Shown here one piece after another: positions 58,767 to 64,000 of a stretch of 64,000 bases of DNA. Location: IMG/VR virus record IMGVR_UViG_3300017650_000009. One strand, given 5' to 3'. The DNA is from a virus (Duplodnaviria; Heunggongvirae; Uroviricota; Caudoviricetes). The number at the start of each line of letters is the position of its first letter. The stretch's first letter is position 1. Both the position numbers and the translations under genes were made by a program. The notes under the pieces are model-generated. The model was given only the letters and a program-made list of their open reading frames with translations. It was not told the DNA's origin and searched no databases.

Positions 58767-58945
58767 TATAAATACAAATGCAACAGTGTGAGGACACCTT
58801 AATAGGCTGCTCAAAGTTTTCATACAACGTTGTAAGGCTGGCCAGCCAAACACATTCTTTTTGCTGTTGGATCTCTCCAACAGGTAGTTTTTCAATTGAT
58901 ATTTAGGCACACTCGTAGTATGCTGGGTCAAGTACTCACATATAT
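58767..58945 (+). ncRNA. Candidate late-expressed small structured RNA or long leader
   Basis: Perfect TATAAATA, then ~170 nt non-coding with end-to-end pairing 58787-58792/58935-58940 and several internal hairpins. Confidence 0.45.
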
Positions 58946-58954
58946 GGTAAACTC

Positions 58955-59650
58955 ATGACTGAAGAATATCCCGAATTTATTGTTAAGCTAAATCTTACTT
59001 TTAAAGCGATTCGTGTTTTGGATAATCGTTTAATCCCCACAACATGGAAAATTCACACCGAAGTCATCTACGACGAGGAAGCACAGGAATCTGTCGATTT
59101 CGATGTTGAAGTGAAAACCACAATCGGCAAAATTAACTATTGGTTAGATAACTTAGTTTCGGGAAGTTTGATTTTCAGTCGCGATAATGACTGGACATAT
59201 ATGAGTTTCTTCGATGAAGATGGGCGTTGCACGGCAGGCAATGTTGTCACGATTACACCAGAGGATCCAACTGACGACCATCTAGCTGAAATCATTCACA
59301 GTAAATTCAATGCATTCGGCGGTGATCATATTCAATTTGGTATTGTTGAACTTGAAAGTGACGATACTACTGGGTTGTCATTCATGTTCACAGGTGATGG
59401 CCAAATGAATTTGCCGTTTATGGAAGAATGGGTTGGACCCCATGCATACTTTGATCGTCCTTGGTGGGCGCGTGATGATGGCTCCACATATGACGTTATC
59501 CCCCCAGAGGATGCAGATCTAAGCATTAGACCTGAGAGTTCCATTGATTTGGATTTTATTCGTGCGCGTTTCCGTAAGCAGATGGGTATATCCGGAAATA
59601 TCGTACGACCAACGTTTAAGCCGGAAGTCATTAAGGGTGAATCCAAATAA
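58955..59650 (+). CDS. Acidic hypothetical protein, possible QueD/T-fold relative
   Basis: 'EDPTDDHLAEIIHSK' weakly resembles the PT.E.LA motif; functional call tentative. Confidence 0.6.
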   Translation: MTEEYPEFIVKLNLTFKAIRVLDNRLIPTTWKIHTEVIYDEEAQESVDFDVEVKTTIGKINYWLDNLVSGSLIFSRDNDWTYMSFFDEDGRCTAGNVVTITPEDPTDDHLAEIIHSKFNAFGGDHIQFGIVELESDDTTGLSFMFTGDGQMNLPFMEEWVGPHAYFDRPWWARDDGSTYDVIPPEDADLSIRPESSIDLDFIRARFRKQMGISGNIVRPTFKPEVIKGESK

Positions 59651-59946
59651 TGACTTTATTGAAGGATTTCAAACGTTTATTCAATTCGTTGAAAACGTTC
59701 AATTATAAAGTTGAATTGCCGACGCAAGCGGTATTATCATACCATTATGATACTGGGTTCGATCTTCGTTCCCGCACGAGTATTTGGCTTAAAACCAATG
59801 CAGGAAATGACAATTGGAAAATGCACATACATGATTACGATGATATGGCTCGACCGCTTTGCGACCGAAACATGCGAGTAACATTCATGTTCAACAGCCA
59901 GCGCGCTGCCGTTGGTTTCAAAAAGGAATTTGGAGGTCGGGTGTGA
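59650..59946 (+). CDS. 'FKLxW' family divergent member
   Basis: WLKTNAG...FMFNSQRAAVGFKKEFG. Confidence 0.65.
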   Translation: MTLLKDFKRLFNSLKTFNYKVELPTQAVLSYHYDTGFDLRSRTSIWLKTNAGNDNWKMHIHDYDDMARPLCDRNMRVTFMFNSQRAAVGFKKEFGGRV

Positions 59947-60476
59947 TAGAATTATCCAACCGCACGATTGATGAATATGGTAATGTGATCTTTGATGTGG
60001 CAGATTTATTTCCGCTTATCGTCAAGGGATACGACGTCACAAAATTTTTAGTCAATGATAGTCCAGAAGTTGAACAGTTTCGTGCAACTTGCAAACTGTT
60101 GGATAATGAAGATCTTTCCCTTCAAACATATACGAGACCTGAGGGGTCAATTCAGGACCATTTGGATAAGTTCCGTAATCGTTGGTTCATGCCGGATCGT
60201 TATCGCACACTAAGTTTGCGAGTGTGGCTCAATGGCAAATGTAAGACCCAAGAGGAACGTCAACGTGTTGACGAAGAATTAAAAGTATTCGAAAAATACG
60301 AATTGGAAATGATGCTTAAATCCCTAATATATCTAGTGGATATTTTTGTTGAGCATAAAATAGTATGGGGAGTAGGACGTGGTTCCTCTGTTAGCTCATA
60401 CGTCTTATACTTGATCGGAATCCACAGGGTTAACAGTCTAAAGTATGAACTCGATTTTTCTGAGTTCCTGAACTGA
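59943..60476 (+). CDS. dnaE: DNA polymerase III alpha (DnaE)-like fragment
   Basis: R..EEL..F....L; IVWGVGRGSSVSSYVLYLIGIHRVNSLKYELDFSEFLN; GGAGG RBS. Confidence 0.85.
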   Translation: MIELSNRTIDEYGNVIFDVADLFPLIVKGYDVTKFLVNDSPEVEQFRATCKLLDNEDLSLQTYTRPEGSIQDHLDKFRNRWFMPDRYRTLSLRVWLNGKCKTQEERQRVDEELKVFEKYELEMMLKSLIYLVDIFVEHKIVWGVGRGSSVSSYVLYLIGIHRVNSLKYELDFSEFLN

Positions 60477-60509
60477 TAAATAACTATAGATATAACTGAA
60501 GGAGCAAAA

Positions 60510-60956
60510 ATGTCTAAACAACCAACGCTACCAAGAATGCACACTTCTATGCGCGGTGTTCAGCTTAACATGGAAGAAATGCGCAGTCAGAATGAGCAGT
60601 CCGTTGCGGTTACCGGGCAGGGCTCATCATTACGTATGAATGCTCGTGGAGATTCTCTTGCAGCGGGCGGTAGGATCGATCGTCGTCGTGAAGTTATTGA
60701 CCAGGATTACGCTACCCAGCTTTCGGGTAAGGTTAAGAATGTCGATGTTCGCGCAGTTGCGGTTGATACTTTCGAGACGCCTGCACAGGCACTTGATCGT
60801 ATGAGAAAAGAAAAAGAAACTACAGCTAGAGCTGAAAAGCCAGTGGAACAGAAGGTAGAAGCCCCAAAGGATGAAAGTCCATTTGAGGAAACATCAGTCG
60901 ATCCTACTCCAGCTGTCCAAAAGCCAGCTCGTAAGCTTATCGAGAAAGACGATTAA
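60510..60956 (+). CDS. Hypothetical late protein (NARGD motif)
   Basis: TAAATA at 60477; AAGGAG RBS. Confidence 0.75.
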   Translation: MSKQPTLPRMHTSMRGVQLNMEEMRSQNEQSVAVTGQGSSLRMNARGDSLAAGGRIDRRREVIDQDYATQLSGKVKNVDVRAVAVDTFETPAQALDRMRKEKETTARAEKPVEQKVEAPKDESPFEETSVDPTPAVQKPARKLIEKDD

Positions 60957-60971
60957 GAGGAAACACAAATA

Positions 60972-61319
60972 ATGCCGGCATCGGTTTATTTTAAAGTTAA
61001 TGAGGATATCTCTCCATTAGCGGATCATATTTTGGTTCACAATATGGAGAAGGGTGACAAGCTCACAAAAGGTGGACTACTAATTCCTGATGATAACGGC
61101 AAGGATCGTGGTATTCGTCCTCGCTGGGCACAAGTATATAAAGTCGGTTCTAAAATCGATTATGTTGAGCCGGGTCAGTGGGTACTTATCGAACATGGTC
61201 GTTGGACTTATGGCGTCGATATGGAACTACAAAAGGACGGAGTAGTTGAGAAGCATTACATTCAGCGCGCTGATACTGATGCGATTCTGCTTGTAGCGGA
61301 CGAACCAATTTACGGTTAA
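60972..61319 (+). CDS. groES: Co-chaperonin GroES-like protein
   Basis: PLADHILV...TKGGLLIPD...V..VG....V.PGQ.VL. Confidence 0.85.
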   Translation: MPASVYFKVNEDISPLADHILVHNMEKGDKLTKGGLLIPDDNGKDRGIRPRWAQVYKVGSKIDYVEPGQWVLIEHGRWTYGVDMELQKDGVVEKHYIQRADTDAILLVADEPIYG

Positions 61320-61324
61320 TACTT

Positions 61325-61358
61325 AATGGCTCGGGTATGAAATCCGGGCCATTTCCTT
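61325..61358 (+). terminator. Terminator hairpin after groES
   Basis: AATGGCTCGGG-tatgaaa-TCCGGGCCATT followed by pyrimidines. Confidence 0.6.
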
Positions 61359-61361
61359 GGC

Positions 61362-61390
61362 TTGACACCAGTTGGTTAATCCAATATAGT
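61362..61390 (+). promoter_or_regulatory. Early promoter
   Basis: TTGACA-N17-TATAGT; -10 flanked by CCAA/TTGG. Confidence 0.75.
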
Positions 61391-61409
61391 TGGGGCAAAG
61401 GAGATCTGT

Positions 61410-61655
61410 ATGAAGGCACATTTGCTTTATGTATTTCCACACGAAGTGAGTGTGGCATTCGATGCTTCGTTGAATCGCGAAGGCAAAGCAGCTCGTGCCG
61501 CAGAGGCAATTTCATGGATTCATGAAATGGGTTGGAAGTTTGAAGAGCACTGGAAATTTGTTCGGTTTGGCCTCAACGAAGGTGACACTGGTAATGTTAT
61601 CGTGGGGTTTAAGCGATCAAAAGATGCCACCCAATTCAAATTGACGTGGGGCTAA
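61410..61655 (+). CDS. 'FKLxW' family small protein
   Basis: AAGGAG RBS; FKRSKDATQFKLTWG. Confidence 0.75.
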   Translation: MKAHLLYVFPHEVSVAFDASLNREGKAARAAEAISWIHEMGWKFEEHWKFVRFGLNEGDTGNVIVGFKRSKDATQFKLTWG

Positions 61656-61657
61656 AT

Positions 61658-61945
61658 GTGAACTTCAAATTTACGCCTCAGTTCAAAGCCACACATACAG
61701 TCACTTGGTTTGTGTCGGAAAAACAGCATGTTGTGAAATACCCAAGTATGGTCTTAGATACAACTGTAAAAGCATGGCTCTCCGATAATATCGGAGAGCA
61801 GCGTAAAACAATTTCGGAATTGATTCGCGATGGTACTGGTTGGCATGCAACTGTTGTATGGACAGACAAATTATCCACAACTAAAGTTCAATTCACATTT
61901 GTAAGTAAAAAAGATGCAACCTTATTCAAACTCACTTGGAACTAA
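61658..61945 (+). CDS. 'FKLxW' family small protein
   Basis: VKAWLSDNIGEQ...FVSKKDATLFKLTWN. Confidence 0.75.
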   Translation: MNFKFTPQFKATHTVTWFVSEKQHVVKYPSMVLDTTVKAWLSDNIGEQRKTISELIRDGTGWHATVVWTDKLSTTKVQFTFVSKKDATLFKLTWN

Positions 61946-61946
61946 A

Positions 61947-62300
61947 ATGTATATGGTTCCCGAAGAATATTTTGGCGCATTAATTCGTATGAATGCAAAG
62001 GAATTATCCGATCTTACTGATTCATATAGGGATCAATTTCCACATGTCATAACAGTCGAGGTGGCACGTAATCAGCTCGAAACGCTGGTGGCCGAGACTG
62101 AAACCACTTTGGGTAAGGAACACCCAATGGTTCATGACGAATATAGTGATGGGCATCGTTGGAGCATTTATCATCCGATGATGATTTGGATGGATCGCGA
62201 AGTAATTGACATGTATAACAATAACATTTTGAAGATAGCTGTTGGTTTTGTGGATCCAACTGATGCAGTAATGTTCAAGTTGAGGTGGCATGGTGTTTGA
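61947..62300 (+). CDS. 'FKLxW' family small protein
   Basis: FVDPTDAVMFKLRWHGV. Confidence 0.75.
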   Translation: MYMVPEEYFGALIRMNAKELSDLTDSYRDQFPHVITVEVARNQLETLVAETETTLGKEHPMVHDEYSDGHRWSIYHPMMIWMDREVIDMYNNNILKIAVGFVDPTDAVMFKLRWHGV

Positions 62301-62700
62301 GGTTCTTTTTGATACAAAAGAAGCGGCCAATAAAATGTTGACGACTGGAGCGGTATTTCGAATCAAATATAATCTTTTTGATAAACGTTTCCAATTGTAT
62401 AAATCGTCTTCATGTTTTATCAAGCCAGAGGTTCGTGAATGGCTGCATGAGAATATTGGTCAGGAATCACAATGCGTAAGAGAGCTAGATCAGGCTTTCT
62501 ACGATCTCAATGATATTCCAGTACCCTATGACACATATAGGGAATATCGAATCAGCTCTTATGAGGAATGGAATAACATTAACCCTATCATCCCAAAGGA
62601 ACGGCTTCAATGGCGTGTTACGGGTGATTACCAGCGTAAGGCTACCATCATCTTCAAAAATCCTCAAGATGCTGTGATGTTCAAACTAGCCTGGTTTTAA
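62290..62700 (+). CDS. 'FKLxW' family small protein
   Basis: VREWLHENIGQE...FKNPQDAVMFKLAWF. Confidence 0.75.
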   Translation: MVFEVLFDTKEAANKMLTTGAVFRIKYNLFDKRFQLYKSSSCFIKPEVREWLHENIGQESQCVRELDQAFYDLNDIPVPYDTYREYRISSYEEWNNINPIIPKERLQWRVTGDYQRKATIIFKNPQDAVMFKLAWF

Positions 62701-62702
62701 AA

Positions 62703-62732
62703 TTGACATAACTCTTAGCATGAGTTTATATT
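62703..62732 (+). promoter_or_regulatory. Early/middle promoter
   Basis: TTGACA-N18-TATATT. Confidence 0.5.
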
Positions 62733-62772
62733 CGGACATATAGAGTTTTTATATTTCAAAAGGTCCGATTTG

Positions 62773-63708
62773 ATGCATGATTTATGGGTTGAGAAATACC
62801 GCCCTGATACCTTTGATGGATACGTTTTCAAAGACGCAAGTATGTCAGAACAGTTTCTGGCATGGATTGCAAATGAAGATGGAAAGCGTATTCCTATTCC
62901 ACATTTGTTGTTTTCTGGATCACCTGGTACGGGTAAGACAACGATCGCCCGAATCTTAATCAATATGCTTGGTGTAGATTCTGGTGATCTATTGGATATT
63001 AACGCTTCTCGTGAGAATGGTGTTGATATCGTACGTAGCAAGATCATTAATTTCTGTTCCACTTGGGCAATTGGTTCTTATAAAATCGTCTTCCTCGATG
63101 AGGTGGATAAGTTTTCGTTTGATGCGCAGCAGATTCTCCGTGCTGAAATTGAGAAATATTCGGATAGCGTTCGGTTTATCCTGACTTGTAATTATCCGCA
63201 TAAGATTATTCCAGCTTTGCACTCTCGTATGCAGACGTTTCACATTGATAAGCTCGACCTCGAAAGCTTCATGAACCGAATGATTACGATCCTGGAAAAG
63301 GAAAACGTTGAATTCGATTTCAATGATATCGAAGCATTCGTAAATTATGCTTATCCGGATTTGCGCAAGTGTATTAACTTGTTGGATCAGAATACCCGCG
63401 GTGGTAAGCTTCATGCGCTTCAAGTAAGTGACGGTGAATCACTCGATTATATGAATAAGTTTGTCGAGCTATTCATGGCAAAGCAGTTTACTCAAGCACG
63501 TCAATACATTTGTAGTATCGCAAAACAGGACGATTTTGAGACGATCTATAAGTTTTTCTATAAGAACTTGCAGATGTTCTCCGCAACAGAAGAAGGTCAG
63601 AAACTTGCAATTCTAGCAATTGCAAATGGTCTTCGTAACCACACAATTTGCGCAGATTCTGAAATTAATCTAGCCGCAACAATCATAAGTCTTTCGGAGA
63701 TTCAGTAA
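62773..63708 (+). CDS. Sliding-clamp loader AAA+ ATPase subunit (T4 gp44 / RFC-small-like)
   Basis: WVEKYRP, Walker A GSPGTGKT, INAS, LDEVD, FILTCN, LHSR, DLRKCIN. Confidence 0.92.
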   Translation: MHDLWVEKYRPDTFDGYVFKDASMSEQFLAWIANEDGKRIPIPHLLFSGSPGTGKTTIARILINMLGVDSGDLLDINASRENGVDIVRSKIINFCSTWAIGSYKIVFLDEVDKFSFDAQQILRAEIEKYSDSVRFILTCNYPHKIIPALHSRMQTFHIDKLDLESFMNRMITILEKENVEFDFNDIEAFVNYAYPDLRKCINLLDQNTRGGKLHALQVSDGESLDYMNKFVELFMAKQFTQARQYICSIAKQDDFETIYKFFYKNLQMFSATEEGQKLAILAIANGLRNHTICADSEINLAATIISLSEIQ

Positions 63709-64000
63709 TGTCCAATCGTTCCGTTTACATGATTATCACACATACGAGCAGACCTATTAAGGGTTTGAATACAAATCGTAAGGGTGTGCTTGATGATCCA
63801 GATAATTGGGAAACGTCTGAGAAGATGGTTATCACTGATAATCTCAGTCGTCAGCTTATGACAACTGGATCAATTATTTTGGATCTAATTGGTGGAAAGG
63901 TTGTAAAGAATCGATTTGAAGCCAAGGACACCACAGTGTTCCGAGAATACGTTAGCCGATATCAGCCGGATATTACGGCGGCGCTCAAAATCTGGGCTAC
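63708..64000 (+). CDS. Hypothetical protein, 3' truncated by window edge
   Basis: TAATG overlap, GGAG RBS, frame open to the end (MSNRSVYMII...). Confidence 0.65.
   Translation, partial: MSNRSVYMIITHTSRPIKGLNTNRKGVLDDPDNWETSEKMVITDNLSRQLMTTGSIILDLIGGKVVKNRFEAKDTTVFREYVSRYQPDITAALKIWA

Noticed and set aside
1-64000. tRNA, rRNA, CRISPR arrays, integrase/transposase, reverse transcriptase, stop-codon recoding
   Set aside because: No such signatures seen by eye; genes read intact under the standard code with all three stop codons used

Overview
This 64 kb window is from a large lytic dsDNA (jumbo-type, T4-like transcription logic) tailed phage. The host is probably alphaproteobacterial, inferred from CTTGAC-type sigma70 promoters. 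Layout: (1) 1-8.8 kb is an accessory/early region with membrane proteins (LemA-like), a WYL_2/SH3 protein, two signal-peptide cell-wall hydrolases, a Tat-signal protein, a 2H phosphoesterase and a YqeY-like protein. (2) 8.9-30 kb holds two giant minus-strand FG-GAP/Gly-rich/LamG virion proteins (3232 and 3778 aa). (3) 30-36 kb holds three related HTH-like genes, followed by a ~480-nt strongly structured non-coding element and a run of small paralogous 'FKLxW' proteins. (4) 36-57.4 kb is a late structural cluster (subtilisin-Ig fusion, fibre proteins, paralogous virion proteins). (5) 57.5-64 kb carries MazG, a DnaE fragment, GroES, more 'FKLxW' paralogues and a clamp-loader ATPase. The most notable signals are the large candidate ncRNA with a possible kissing loop, two further structured RNA candidates, and a recurrent architecture in which early and late promoters are embedded in hairpins that often sequester the downstream RBS. 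All calls come from reading the sequence by eye; no database searches or folding programs were run. Start codons were adjusted where an RBS suggested a better start than the ORF track.
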